In this document: positions 33,790 to 56,738 of the stretch, in pieces | Layout of the letters: each line of letters starts with the position of its first letter | Position numbering within the stretch: the stretch's first letter is position 1 | Assembly: GCF_902652985.1 (NCBI RefSeq) | Contig: NC_047015.1 | Location: 31,434,001 to 31,498,000, forward strand | Reading direction: 5' to 3' | Source of the DNA: Pecten maximus | Taxonomy: Eukaryota | Length of the DNA: 64,000 nucleotides | The notes under the pieces: generated by a model | Seen by the model: the letters and a program-made list of their open reading frames with translations, nothing else | Database searches by the model: none | What the model was told of the DNA's origin: nothing | Made by a program: the position numbers and the translations under genes

Positions 33790-34075
33790 TATATGGCAAA
33801 AGACAAGAACTATGTCATCTCAGTATCACTTTACGACAGTGAAACATTGAAAATGACAATCATGATAAGACCCTGGAAACATTCTTACACAAATGCCTAA
33901 GAGCCTCCTCAAGATGACCAGGTTACATTGCTGAATGAGACAGTGAAGGAAAGGACTCGAAAGGAGTCAATCAGTACCATCATAAAAAAAGGATATTGAA
34001 GCGGAAAGGACATGTTCTACGCATAGATTAGATCACATATGCCAAAACAGCATTAACATTAACGCCGAAAAAATG
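33790..34075 (+). mobile_element. 3' fragment of the same RTE LINE insertion, carried in the copy B duplicate
   Basis: 33790-33930 aligns to 25857-25998; continues with GHVLR-like and AL-T-TP-like remnants. Confidence 0.75.
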
Positions 34076-34340
34076 CCAAACACAAATGTTGCGTAAAACA
34101 GACATACACCGTTCTCCAAATGATTATATAGCAGGCCTCGTTTTTCTCTTAGTCACATTATTAAAAAACGTAGTTTGTTCCTAATCCGTTCTGACAAGTG
34201 TACAAGAAGAGACGAGAAACATTACCATGATCAGTTTTATGGAAAGCGAACCTGATAGTCTCTCTTCGCCATATTTATTTTACGATTTATTTAGGATAAT
34301 ACTCGAGTCGTATCATTTGACTACTTCTGCATCTGTATAA

Positions 34341-34864
34341 TATGGAAGCCCCGTAGGTACATCTTTAGTTATCACGTATTTGTTAGCATTTATTTGTTAC
34401 TACTTATTTGTTATCAATCATTATTATTGTTGTATTGTAGTATTATGACTATCTGTTATATTTTTTATATCATTAATATTCATATGTCTTAAAAGGTATA
34501 CTATATTTATCCTTTAGTGCTTATTTGTTTCTTTCATTACCTTCAAACTATCTACAATCACGTTCTTCATTTGTTGTTACCTATTTATGATTTGCTAATT
34601 CTGATTTGATATTACTGAATTGTTATTTTTATTCCGTGTTCATTATTGCCTTAGCAGGTAACCTCTAATCAGTAAAAGATCAATTAAGTGCAATGATTAA
34701 TGCTTTATCAACAGTCTAAATTTTCGCTAGGGCTGAAGCCGTCCATTATGCTGTACAGCCTTACCATTATCAAATAAATAATTAGTTATAACAACTAAAA
34801 TATAGCAAATATCGAGTAATAAATAATAAGTGATAAACTAAAAAGTCCTACCAGGGCATCCGTA
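34341..34864. mobile_element. MITE with degenerate terminal inverted repeats
   Basis: Left end TATGGAAGCCCCGTAGGTACATCTTTAGTTATCAC; right end reverse-complements to TACGGATGCCCTGGTAGGACTTTTTAGTTTATCAC. Confidence 0.6.
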
Positions 34865-35196
34865 AGTTTACCTGTAAATGTGTTACTTGGGAGCATGCCA
34901 ATAACAGTACCGGATAGTCATACTGCAGTGCTCTGTGTTTCAAGAGGTCGGGGACCTTGTATCGTTACAGCCTTTATTATGGATTAAACAAAAGAAACAC
35001 GTGTATGCATAATGGTCTCTTTTAACACGAACTTAAAATATACTTAAGGTATAGCCAAAGCGTCCCCTTTTATCTGACGTCTCAGACACAACGCAGGGAT
35101 ATTGACTTTTAAAAGAAAACCATAATTATTAAAAGGTACCATTATAAACGTAACCGCAACTATAGAGGAAACCATTATAAAAGAAACCCAATCTAA

Positions 35197-35548
35197 TTAA
35201 AATTAGACTTGTAATTTACACTCCGGGGCCGCGATGGCCGAGTGGTTAAGGTGTCCTGACACTTTATCACTAGCCCTCCACCTCTGAGTTGTGAGTTCGA
35301 AACCTACTTGGGGTACTGCCCGTAGGCCGGTGGTTTTTCTCCGGGTACTCCGGCTTTCCTCCACCTCCAAAACCTGGCACGTCCTTAAATGACCCTGGCT
35401 GTTAATAGGACGTAAAGCAAAAACAGACCAAAATTTCCACTCCTCTACGATACTCTACGATACGATACACTGCAATACAATAATAATAAGGTGTTGAAGT
35501 GTATCGTAAAGTATTGTAGAGGAGCGGAAATAACAAGTCTAATTTTAA
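35197..35548. mobile_element. Small foldback element interrupted by a SINE
   Basis: With the SINE removed, the left arm TTAAAATTAGACTTGTAATTTCCACTCCTCTACGATACT pairs with the right arm ending GTAGAGGAGCGGAAATAACAAGTCTAATTTTAA; TTAA at both ends. Confidence 0.6.
35225..35431 (+). mobile_element. tRNA-derived SINE (V/Meta-type central domain)
   Basis: A box TGGCCGAGTGG, B box AGTTCGAAACC, central GGTTTTTCTCCGGGTACTCCGGCTTTCCTCCAC, A-rich tail. TSD AATTT(A/C)CACTCC at 35213-35224 and 35432-35443. Confidence 0.88.
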
Positions 35549-35724
35549 GTACATTGTAGATTTAAATGAAACCGTTCTGATAAAAGTAACCGAAATTATA
35601 ATGGAAACGTCATTATAATTGTAACTGTAACGGATTCCATTAAAACGAGTAGTTTGGGAAATGTGTAACAGTTTTAAATACTACAAAGCTTTGATTATTT
35701 AGCTTTACCTTGTGTGTCTCTTGT

Positions 35725-36105
35725 ACAATCATTTTATGTGATAATTGAATGTGATATCAGATATCCCATTATATTTCATTTTCACTAGTGAAATATCAAA
35801 AATTATTCATTAAATAAAAGTGATATTATTTCACTGGTGAAAAATATCACTTTCCATAATGTGACCTATCAAAACACTGCTTATAAACGACAAAGGGGAA
35901 AATTAAAAGCTGACCGGTACATTTTCTAAAAGCATGTAATAAACAGAATACCTAACAGAATGTTCAGTATTATCAAGTATATTTCACTCGTGCGGCTAAT
36001 ATATATATACAAATATATATCTTTCACTCGTAAAACAATTAAAATATTAGCCCAATTCGTGAAATATATTTGGTATCACTGATGACACTATAAAATATAC
36101 TCTAT
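35725..36105. mobile_element. Unclassified non-autonomous DNA-type repeat with TTTCACT(A/C/G)GTGAAA palindromes
   Basis: Repeated TTTCACTAGTGAAA / TTTCACTGGTGAAA / TTTCACTCGTG motifs and an inverted arrangement at ~35945-36105. Confidence 0.45.
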
Positions 36106-36795
36106 ATCGCTGTATATAAGTGTATATTTGTCTATTTTATTGTTAAAAAGGGTTGGAATCATTCGATGCCAAATAATGAAGATATATCTAACTATTACAT
36201 GTACTTAATATTGCACAGATTAATAATTTGATCGATGTAGGTACACAGAAACTTTCCAATAATATCATAAACGTTGTAAGTATCACAAATAACAACTTTA
36301 TTACACTTCAACACATATAACACAATACAGGTATACAACATACATAGACAGGTATTCGTTTGTCAATAAGCTTGCAAAATATATCAAATAAACTTTCTCG
36401 AACAAGAAGATTTATTTCAATATGAATGCTTTAAATTGAAATGTTGATAACTTTAGAAACTCTCTTCCCTTTATGTAATCCTTTTGTGTTATCTAAAATC
36501 CAGGTTTTGTCTGTTGTTGATGAACTCGCGTAGCATAAACTTATAACATGAAAGTCGGGAACTCGGGCTAACCGAGTCGTTATAGATGTAATTACCGTAA
36601 CGAGAACCGGTGTTATACGTACCAAAGTTCTATCATTGATATTATTAAACATAAGCTTTAAATTACACATTGCATCTTGTTAAAATATATCACAGATGGC
36701 TTGGTACGGAAATGGCGTCCGGATATGCCATTGAATTTGACGTCTGTATGAGGTCATTTATTTGGATAGGTCAAGTTTGTCCGTTTCAAATGTTT

Positions 36796-39095
<2,300 letters not shown>

Positions 39096-39449
39096 ATTGT
39101 GTCGGTGTCGAAGGATGTCTAGAGAAACAAAGATCTGTGCAACTGTCTGATATTTACTAGTTATGACGCACAGCGAGGGAAAGCCGCACCTTTTTACAAT
39201 ACACGTGATCTATCTTTAGTAACACACGTCACCACTGTCTGTGATTGGACATAACCGGCAGCCAGGCAAAGATCGATTATAATACACAATGTAGAGGTAT
39301 ATGTGTTTATCGTGTGTATATTGTCAATATACAGGTTTGGCTTCGAGACAGAACTTTTTATACAACTCTGTAGAGTCAAAATGAAATCAATGTCATTGCT
39401 ATATTTAAGATTGGAAGTTTACATTGCTACTAAAAATAGAACAACAGTG

Positions 39450-39459
39450 GGGAATTTCC
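39450..39459. promoter_or_regulatory. kappaB (NF-kB/Rel) consensus site upstream of copy C
   Basis: GGGAATTTCC matches GGGRNWYYCC, ~355 nt upstream of the ATG. The homologous position in C' (30583-30592) is GGGAAATTCC, also a consensus match. Confidence 0.4.
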
Positions 39460-39805
39460 ACTGAATTATATGATTCATTCAGGTAATGGATTTTTAGAAA
39501 TTAGAGATATTTTATCAAAAGCGAAACAATACCTACTTAACTGTTACAATGCAATTCATTTTATTGTAATTTATGTAATCTATATCGTCTTTAGACACAG
39601 TGCATATACCAGCTTACCGGACAGAAAGCCAGGTTAAATGAAATGTATATTTATCTGACATTGAGAATGATGCATTGTTTAATTAATTGTCAGAGGTTAG
39701 GATTGTCTTTGTTGTTCAATCAGTGTTGTAATCTTATTTCTCAGTTTGTGAGATTTTTAAGAGATACATGTATATGAAGACATCACGATCTCATTTGGAA
39801 ATGTT

Positions 39806-39919
39806 CCTTTCCTTTGTGAAGTCATGCTAGACATAACTTGAATCCTTTCCTTTGTGAAGTCATGCTAGACATAACTTGAATCCTTTCCTTTGTGAAGTCA
39901 TGCTAGACATTACTTGAAT
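39806..39919. repeat. 38-nt tandem repeat x3
   Basis: CCTTTCCTTTGTGAAGTCATGCTAGACATAACTTGAAT, near-identical copies. Confidence 0.9.
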
Positions 39920-39974
39920 TAGTTATTTGTTATGATATTTTATGATATGAATGTTGCTGAGCCCAAATTTAGCC

Positions 39975-40110
39975 TGCTTTGTCGGTATCGTCGATAAAGC
40001 AGAAGACGCCTACCTTTCCGGAACACCTGGTCTTACGCCTTATATTATTTCTGAAGTCTCTGTACAAATAGAATTTCGGTTTCGTTATAATGTCGGTATT
40101 CTTACGGTTG
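39975..40110 (+). mobile_element. Penelope-like terminal-repeat remnant (related copy at ~27805-27870)
   Basis: GTCG..AAGCAGAAGACGCCTACCTTTCCGGAACACCTGGTC is shared with GAAGCATAGGACGCTTGTCCTTCTCGAACACCTGGTC at ~27821-27858. Confidence 0.45.
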
Positions 40111-40999
40111 GATTTTTGTTTAATACAGGCTCGTACGCTGCAGTATAGAGATATGAAATGTGTCCAAGGCAAAGATAATTGATTTGAGAAAGCTATGTAA
40201 CTCTCGATAATGTGAATAATAACAGTCTGTCACATGGTATTATCAATAATCAATACCCCCAGCGCTCTGCTGTATATCCCCTGATAATCATAATATGCTT
40301 ATCGTAATATAGATACTAAACTTACTTATACAGCATAACATTATTACATGTTGTGTATACATTTTATAAACTTATCTATTAGCAGTGTATAGTAAAATAG
40401 CAGAATGTATATGTATACCTATAAACCTATATGCGGTATAAAGCATCACATATGTGTATACATTGTATGAGTAACCAAATGTGTTAAGTACATTTAATTA
40501 ACGACATGCTTATTTAGTTTAAATTACACCACTGACTCACTATACTAAATCGTGTCTTGTCACAACACAATATTAAAAGGTCCAGGACAAATTATATACA
40601 CACACATATATATATATAGGTATGATTGCAGTAATGTACTAGACTGACATCCCATTGTGTTATCATTTAATGAGTGCTAGGTATAAAAAATATATCACAT
40701 ATGCTTTATTTATTCGTCAAAAGCAAACCTCGCATTTCTTAAATATGACAGTGTAATTTATTTGCAGCTTTCAATGATGGTTTGTAGAGAATTAAGATTG
40801 GACCTAGCATTTTAACGAACACTTTTTCAGTGCGTTAAGTGAGTATAGACAACACAAGTATGCAAATTGATAGCTTTATACAAAATAAGAAATTGAAAAT
40901 GGCAATTTATACATGCACAGTAGGCCAATGGAATCACTTAAACAACGATATTACAATACTTGACTTATTTGACATACAATATCGGTCACTCTATATAAA

Positions 41000-41256
41000 T
41001 CGGGCTTACAACGGTGATTTGGAAGTAAGTGTTTATTAAGATTACATCGGTAGTTTAGAGGTACGTGTTAATTAAGATTACACCGGTAATTTAGAGGTAC
41101 GTGTTAATTAAGATTACACCGGTGGTTTGGAGGCACATGTTAATCAAGATTACAGCGATGGTTTCGAGGTACAAATGTAAGTGTTTATTAAGATTACAGC
41201 GGTGGTTTCGAGGCACGTGTTAATTAAGATTACACCGGTGGTTTGGAGGTACGTGG
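41000..41256. repeat. 36-nt minisatellite (TTAAGATTACACCGGTGGTTTGGAGGTACGTGTTAA)
   Basis: About 6-7 diverged units downstream of the copy E stop codon. Confidence 0.85.
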
Positions 41257-41373
41257 AAACTCAGATATTAATACGGGAAATTTGTGCTAAAAGGAAACCA
41301 TACATAAATTTATCATAGTTAATAATTTCATAATAACAGGAAAATAATACAGCAATATATTTCATTGTGGCCA

Positions 41374-43242
41374 TCAATCAATGTCAGAACTTTTTGAAGG
41401 TGGCCCCGAGATCTGTTCGCGTGTATGACACGGACGTGCATGCATATCTGTCCATTCTTTGGCTCTCAGCGCGAACTCCGGCTCCTGATGATTCGAATCT
41501 GCCATAAGACTGCTAACGGCAAGAAGGACTGAAAAGAAAACAGATGTACCACACCGTCAATATATATAAAATCAAACAACAAAGAAACCAGAATTACCAC
41601 ACCGTCAATATATATATAATCAAACAACAAAGAAAACAGGTGTACCACACCGTCAATATATATACAAAATCAAACAACAAAGAAAACAGGTGTACCACAC
41701 CGTCAATATATACAAAATTAAACAACAAAGACAACAGGTGTATCACACGGTCAATATATATAAAATCAAACAACAAAGAAAACAGGTGTACCACACCGTC
41801 AATATATACAAAATCAAACAACAAAGAAATCAGAATTACCACACCGTCAATATATATAAAATCAAACAACAAAGAAACCAGAATTACCACACCGTCAATA
41901 TATATAAAATCAAACAACAAAGAAAACAGGTGTACCACACCGTCAATATATACAAAATCAAACAACAAAGACAACATGTGTATCACACCGTCAATATATA
42001 TAAAATCAAACAACAAAGAAAACAGGTGTACCACACCGTCAATATATACAAAATTAAACAACAAATAAAACAGGTGTACCACACCGTCAATATATACAAA
42101 ATCAAACAACAAAGACAACATGTGTACCACACCGTCAATATATATACAAAATCAAACAACAAAGAATCCAGATTTACCACACCGTTAATACATACAAAAT
42201 CAAACAACAAAGAAAACAGGTGTACCACACCGTTAATACATACAAAACCAAACAACAAAGAAACCAGGTGTACCACACCGTCAATATATACAAGACCAAA
42301 CAAGGGAAACAGGTGTACGATACTGTCAATATATACAAAATCAAATAACAAAGAAAACAGGTCTACCACACCGTCAATAAATACAAAATCAAGCAACAAA
42401 GAAAACAGGTGTACCACACCGTCAATATATACAAGACCAAACAACGAAGGACACAGGTGTACCACACCGTCAATATACATTGTGTATACAAAATCAAGTA
42501 ACCAAGGAAACAGTTGTGTGTCATACCGTCACTGTCCGCCAGTATACACAAAATCAAACAATAAGGATTTAAAGGTGTTATTACCTTGTGTAATCAAAGA
42601 ACCCGGAAGTTTTCCAATAACAGTCCGAATGTGATATCGGCAATAAAAATAAGGAACAAACGAATTTGTTTCGGTAATTATGTGAATGTATCATTCAAGA
42701 CTGGCTAACCGGTGACATAGGTGCTCCAATTGGGAAACATTTTACTTCACTTTAATTAAAATCAATCCAGAACTTATATTTGTGGCAGTTCGCGGCTATT
42801 AAATTTCGTACAACACCACCTTGAAAACCTTTCTACACATGTATATATATATATAAATATTCGCTTGGTATATTTTTTCGGGTTATATCTAATGACCACA
42901 AATGTAGCGAAATTAAATCCACGTGAATATTACCGACATTACTGTACCGCGCTTATTTTTTCCCAATTTCTCTCCCGAAAATTCTTCAAAATCACCAAGT
43001 ATCCAGCACAGTGGGCTGGTGCATGCTTGACCAGTGATGTTTGTACCGCTCATATAATGATGATAATTGTTTCACGGAGAGACAGTATTCTTAACTTAGA
43101 AAAACTCAAACAACTGGGAATCAAACACAAAAGACTTACCTGTACTGATTGTAAATGTCGATAGCCACTTGGAATGCAGAAGGTCCATACAAATCTCGCC
43201 ATCTATGATGTGTCGATGATAGATTTTGGTTTCAAACTTCAC
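41374..43242 (-). pseudogene. Partial UBE2D-like copy E (exons 5-6 only; HPN->HRH, in-frame deletions); most similar to copy D
   Basis: Exon 43140-43242 (103 nt, AG/GTAAG) reads [34 protein letters not shown]. Exon 41374-41528 (155 nt, ttttcttttcag acceptor) reads VLLAVSSLMADSNHQEPEFALRAKEWTDMHARPCHTREQISGPPSKSSDID*. Could be a pseudogene or alternative terminal exons of D. Confidence 0.8.
41531..42565. repeat. 48-nt minisatellite (AAAACAGGTGTACCACACCGTCAATATATACAAAATCAAACAACAAAG)
   Basis: About 21 units; explains the 16-aa periodic ORFs on both strands. Lies in the intron of copy E. Confidence 0.95.
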
Positions 43243-44313
43243 CTTTTAGATTTTAAGGATATAGGATTATGTTGCAACCGATAAAAAATGTTAAAACGGT
43301 ATACATGTAATTAAAAGTACAATCTCTACATGATTACTCAGCGTTCTTAAGGAAGAGATATTCGATGTTTTTACTATTTGTGCATGGCTGGATTTTATCT
43401 GTATATTTAAAACTATAATTAAGATTATCACAAACTCATTCCTTCTATAAACATATTTTTGTCAGTTTCCTAGCAGTAAGTTTGAGTGTTTTTGTGTGTG
43501 TGTGTTTTTGTTTTGTTTTGTTGTTGTTTTTTTTCATAACCCAACAATGTACAAAATAAACAATGTAAAATAACTTTTATTCCGATTTCCCGAATACCAA
43601 ATTGGTAAAATCTTTACATTGTTACTTGAACCACACAATACACAACTACGTATACAGATAATGTATAAAACCGTGATTCGGATACTAGCCAGGACTCGAA
43701 CTGCCCAGCCTATATATATATCATTTACTCTTATATCTATATTTATGTACCAATATTTCATCTATTTATTTAGATAGTAACACACCGCACCCCACTGTTT
43801 TAAGGCTGATAACCTTTATTATGGTCTTTATTTTGAATTTAGTAATCCTTAGAATCGTTTCAATGCTATTGGTCACACGTGTATGATAATCAAACGTTAT
43901 TCGTAATGTAGCAAGAGGGAGCTGTAAATTACTTTAGGAAAAGAATAAAAGGTTAATAGCCTTGCAGTAAGCAGGGTAGAAAATAAAATGGGAAGCGTTA
44001 TATAAAGGATCCACTATATGGACGGGGCCTGTCGAAACGCATACAATGAGCATTTATCACAGAAAACGTTTGCTTTATTCATCGTTTCATTTAGAAGCCA
44101 TTAAAGCATTATTAAAAATGCAGATTCGTTTTAATAGCATTCAGAAACCAACAAACTAGTGCAGTGCCATGTTAACAAAACCAATTCAGTAGTCCACCCT
44201 CAGAAATGTAATGTCCCTAGCTTGGCAAACGCCGCAGTATTCTTCTTTTCAACAGGTTTCTCCTCAACTTCACTGAATAATGTACAGTCATTGGTGTACA
44301 AGTTTATCTTCTT

Positions 44314-51979
<7,666 letters not shown>

Positions 51980-52151
51980 TATGATCTCTCTGTAGCCACC
52001 AGTAAACAACCCATACACAAACCAGGACGTTGGCTATCGGGTATCCTCAACCTTCCTGTGTAAAGGATATCAGCCAAAAACTGTCTATCATGTAAAATAT
52101 TATCCACATTTTTTACATAATCGGTTGAGAATGTGCAATCAATCACGAATG

Positions 52152-52160
52152 CTATTTATA
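52152..52160 (-). promoter_or_regulatory. TATA box of copy D
   Basis: TATAAATAG on the minus strand ~175 nt upstream of the ATG at 51979. Confidence 0.45.
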
Positions 52161-53144
52161 CAATATAGGACAGGTGTGTCAAGTCGCATGCTTTCCATGC
52201 TGTTGCACAATGCATGCACCACAGGTGTGTGGAATATGCAGATAGGAGTTGAATTTAGTCTCATTTGAATAATGGCTTCCGACAGTGAATATGTGTTCCT
52301 ACAGTCCATGTGCAGTACATTTGGGGCACCAACATCCAGTATTTAACTGGAATAAATTCCGATAATGTGATTGATTTGTGAAAATTATTTATATTTTATC
52401 ATTTTACATTACTAGTATATCCTTTTGCATTTATATTCAATACGGATTTTGTGGAAGGGACGATTGTACGCCATACACTGTCTTGGACTAACAAGGTTAC
52501 TTTTTACCCTAAATATAACGAAAAACGTCCAGAAAATGCCATTAAAATTCCAATAAATATTTTTAAAAATCAAAACCTTTTCATCAATTTTTAACAGTTT
52601 CTGGCATTTTTAGCTAAGATTTCATATAAACAACCGTTTGAGCCAGTATGTCATGTTCTTGAAATATTATCCAATATCTAACAATTAGGAACCTATTAAA
52701 TCATGGAGAACATGCATCTCCCATTATATTCGTATTAGCATTTGTTGCATCACTGTCCTAGAAATATGGTGCAGTTTTCAAACTGGCTTAATTCGTATTC
52801 AACAGAAATTGCCACATATCAGACATAATTTCAACAGCATATATACCAGCAACATTTTTTCTCATTCATTAAAAAAAGACTCAAGTTTTTAATTGATACA
52901 TTATAGCTGAATTTTAGAGACATTCCAGTGAAATAATGTCAAGATTATTATGACATCAAAATCAAATAAAAAAATGAACACAAAGTGCCTGTGATCTATG
53001 AAGTTCACATTCTTGATTAATATCTATGACTCTTGGAACAGGAGTTCACATTGTAATAGAAAGAAAACAAAAAGTCTGAGGTTAAATTATTTTTATTCAG
53101 GATTTCTTTTGATATATCAAATTGCACAAGCAAAAGCGAAGAGA

Positions 53145-53320
53145 AACTTTGGTACATACAACATCTATTCATGTTATACCTCCAATTCGCTAGCCTAGTG
53201 TGTTCAATAGATATACTCTCATTTTTTGAAATTCATCAAGGGTGAAAAGCGAGTATTGTATTAAACACACTTGGCTAACGAAGTTGTAGCTGCATTTATC
53301 ACAGGCCTGTACCAAACTTC
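53145..53320. repeat. Inverted repeat / small MITE
   Basis: TTCGCTAGCCTAGTGTGTTCAATAGATATACTC versus GAGTATTGTATTAAACACACTTGGCTAACGAA; outer TTTGGTACA / TGTACCAAA. Confidence 0.6.
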
Positions 53321-53369
53321 TGGCATTAATCCGATTAGTGGGTTTACGGTGATACATCTTTTGACTTCA

Positions 53370-53830
53370 ATGACCTTGAAAAATATATTAAGGTCATTCA
53401 TTTGAATATCAATGCATTAGTTGGCAGTCAATCATCCCAGCATTTTACTGACCAAATGTCACTCTAAGCTTTATGAGTTTTAAATAAGTTGACCCCTGCA
53501 ATTCTGTCAAGGCAATTTAATTACACATATCAGGTATCCCTTCATCCCAGCATGTGACATGCCCAACCTAAGACCTCTGGACCTCTTGGTTATTGAGAAG
53601 TAGTTGTTTAAAGATTTCAGCATATTTGACCCCTGTAACCTTGAATGTAGGCCAAGGTGGCCCTTCACCCCAGTATGCTACAGGCCCAATATCAGGTTTC
53701 CGGTCCTCTTAGTTATTAAGAAGATCTTGTTAAATCATTTTAGTCTAATTGACCCCTGTGACCTTGAATTTAGGCCCCATATCAGGTCTCTGGGCCTCTA
53801 GGTTCTTGAGAAGAAATTACTTGAATGAAA
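53370..53830. mobile_element. Degenerate HINE-like core-repeat fragment
   Basis: Recurring TGACCCCTGTGACCTTGAA, CATCCCAGCAT and CCCAATATCAGGT motifs. Confidence 0.5.
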
Positions 53831-54920
53831 AGTTGATCCAGACAGGTGAACTGTCGCGAAAGCCCTTGGAAACCAAAGAACAACAAAGTTGGGAACTTAT
53901 GCCAAGTCCTTTTTTGACAAAGCATTGTCATTGTTTAGCTCAGTAAAAGCCTGAAAAACGAATTTTGAATACATGTATTACACCCCAGCAGAGAGTTTCG
54001 TGAACATCCTGATTCAAAAATCTTCACTGCTGTCTCTTGTATCGGTAATGGGTCAAAGATTCTTAATATTGTTGCTATACAATGTTATCGGTACCAATGA
54101 CATCCATTACATTCTCAAAGTTATGAATACACATTTTTAAATATCACTCATCAGACTTTTTATTGACGGTAGGTTCCAAATGTTTCAATTAGGACATGAA
54201 CTCCGTTGTTGTTTCGGTTAGTTTGCACTGCCCTAAAGAATAAATTGCCATTTTTCAATTTCACATCAGACTGAGAAATTGTTGTTTTGGGGAAATATTA
54301 TGGAAATTCTTGGTGGTTACCTGCTAGACATTTAATTCTGTTTCAAGTCTAATTAAGATTGTTGAGACCTATTGATTTTTTTTTAGTTATAATCACTAGA
54401 AACTCAAGAAGATGGAAAAAACAAAGAACCTTTGATGTCATCCTCTGCATATAAGATGACTCTCTTACATCAAATAACATATGGCAATAAGCCTGTGTCT
54501 AATAACAAGCCCAGCCATATACTTTATGTAAAACTGATAAATTCTTTTTTTTTTAATTCTATTTCATTGTCCTGCAATAAGTTCACCCACTACTTTAAAT
54601 CAAAGTGTGTTGAACCCTTGGCTTAATACATCATAAATATGGTAAATAAAGTATTTACAATGTCTAAACATCCACATAGTTTACAATATTTTTACTATAA
54701 AAAAATACATTGATTTATAAAAGATGTATTTGCATTTTGGAATGACTAACAAAAAGCATGCAAGAAATTGGCCCTACTGTAATATCATAAAAACATCACT
54801 CAAGCAATCAGATTTCTAACAATAAAATATGTCATATGGTACACCACCATTTCAACTTTTAATCCTAGTCTTCAGGAAACACCCTTTTCGCTTAAGTGAC
54901 ATTCTTTTCACTTGAGCAAT

Positions 54921-55150
54921 GGGGCCTTGGTGGCCAAGTGGTTAAGGTGTCCCGACACTTTATCACTAACCCGCCACCTCTGGGTTGCGAGTTCAAGACC
55001 TACGTGGGGCAGTTGTCTGGTACTGACCGTAGGCCAGTGGTTTTTCTCCGGGTACTCCGGCTTTCCTCCACCTCCAAAACCTGGCAGGTCCTTAAAGGAC
55101 CATGGCTGTTAACAGAACTTTAAACAAAACAAACCAAAACAAAAACCAAA
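54921..55150 (+). mobile_element. tRNA-derived SINE, same family as 35225
   Basis: Full-length match to 35225-35431, (CAAAA)n tail, approximate TSD TTCACTTGAGCAA / TTCATTGGAGCAA. Confidence 0.88.
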
Positions 55151-55324
55151 ATCAATTCATTGGAGCAAAACAAAAACAAAAAAGCAAATAATTTACGTGT
55201 GTATTAAAATGGTAGGAATAATCAATTTGTCAAATTTGTCATTAATTGTAAGGCACAGCTTTAGTACTGGAATGAAAAATCATTAATTTTTAATTCGGTT
55301 TCCCCTGCATCAATTTTTCTTTTG

Positions 55325-55512
55325 TTAGCAATACCTCCAAAATTATCTCCCCTACTCAGTTTTTCTTTTTCTTTTTTTTTACATTTTTCGCTAAAATTAT
55401 CTCCCCTACATCAATTTTTTTATTAACAATACCTCCAAAATTATCTCCCCTAAATCAATTTTTTATTAAAATACATGTACATATATGTATCTCCAAAATT
55501 ATCTCCCCTACT
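55325..55512. repeat. Short diverged tandem repeat (CTCCAAAATTATCTCCCCTA x4)
   Basis: Four copies of AAAATTATCTCCCCTA separated by T-rich spacers. Confidence 0.7.
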
Positions 55513-56738
55513 TTGGTTAAAATTTTTCTTTATCACTTAAATGTAGTAGATAAGATTGAAACTATTGATAAAAAATTCAATGCAGCGAAAATCAGTCCAC
55601 TGTGTCTAGAACTTTGACCATAAATTTTATCATTTATCCAGCAATAAGGAAATGTCTATTATCAGGTAATGACCCAATCCATTTTAACTTGGTTCAGGAA
55701 CAATGCTAATAGGCAAAATCCTCCTTTAAATTAAGTTTTTTATGTGTTCATCCCTTAGGGCTTATCACAGTACCTGATTCGATGTAATTTGTTACAAAAC
55801 TTAAAAATACCTCTAAAATATTCTCTTTTACATCAACAATCACTAATATTGGCATTTTTAGTAACAAAAATTATGTGTTGTAAATCCTAATGATTGAAAA
55901 AAAAATTAAAAAAAACATCAGACACATATCAAATTCAATGACTAAACAATAAGCGTAGGTTATAAAGGCAGTAAGATGGATAAATCGGTGGGTGCTTTAT
56001 TCAGTTTATAAACATATGTAGGCGTTATATAATTTGTTAATCAGCTTATTTTAGGTCTTTATCAGATCCTCATATTTTTATATCTATCCTTATCTATTCC
56101 ATCATGAACTCATGAATTAAAACTTTTAAGGAAACATTTACAAAAGTGTATTTCTGGCCAGGTAACTCAAATAAATGATTAATGCATCGTCATTGGTAAA
56201 GTTAGGTTTCACTTTGATTTATTATAGTTTATTTTATGGATAACATGAAAATTATATCTAATGAAAATTACATACTGAAGAAATTAGCTAAAAATATTAC
56301 ATGAATTTTCTCTTTAAAAAAAGGGAGCATAAAAATAAATCACATTTATACATACAAATGTACATGTATATGTACATAGTAAAAATAAATCGACATATTT
56401 CCGGAAAAAAATGTGCATAGAAGTGAAAATCTATTATTGTGGAATGTGACTCAAAAGCAGTCTCCCTTTCACATGCCAGGAAAAGGATGTATATATGGCA
56501 ATTACTGAAAAACAGTGTGAAGTCAAATAAAACATGTAAATGGACACCTATATCATGATAATATATCTTAACCTATTAATCTTGTAGGGAATTTCTATAG
56601 TGCATATGCAGAAATGTTCATGACATTCAATGAACAATTATATTATCATTACATTATGATGCTTTTTATAAGAATTTTGATCATATATAATTACAGAAAC
56701 AGATCAAAAAACTTATAAAAAACACCATACAGTAATTG

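Noticed and set aside
35225-35310. tRNA gene (A and B boxes)
   Set aside because: No cloverleaf; it continues into a SINE body with tail and TSD and is repeated at 54921 and 63178.
41544-42634. ORFs up to 314 aa with 16-aa periodicity
   Set aside because: They are products of the 48-nt minisatellite, open in several frames on both strands.
43975-44030. Possible decayed exon 4 of copy E (acceptor tttcgacag, then PYSGSFI*RFPFYF resembling PYAGGSFVLDIRFP)
   Set aside because: The match is short, needs two gaps and a stop, and has no clear donor; it cannot be separated from chance without a scored alignment.
44200-44313. 37 open codons after the copy D stop (possible readthrough or second domain)
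   Set aside because: The stop context TGA-A is not a readthrough motif and the peptide has no E2 similarity.
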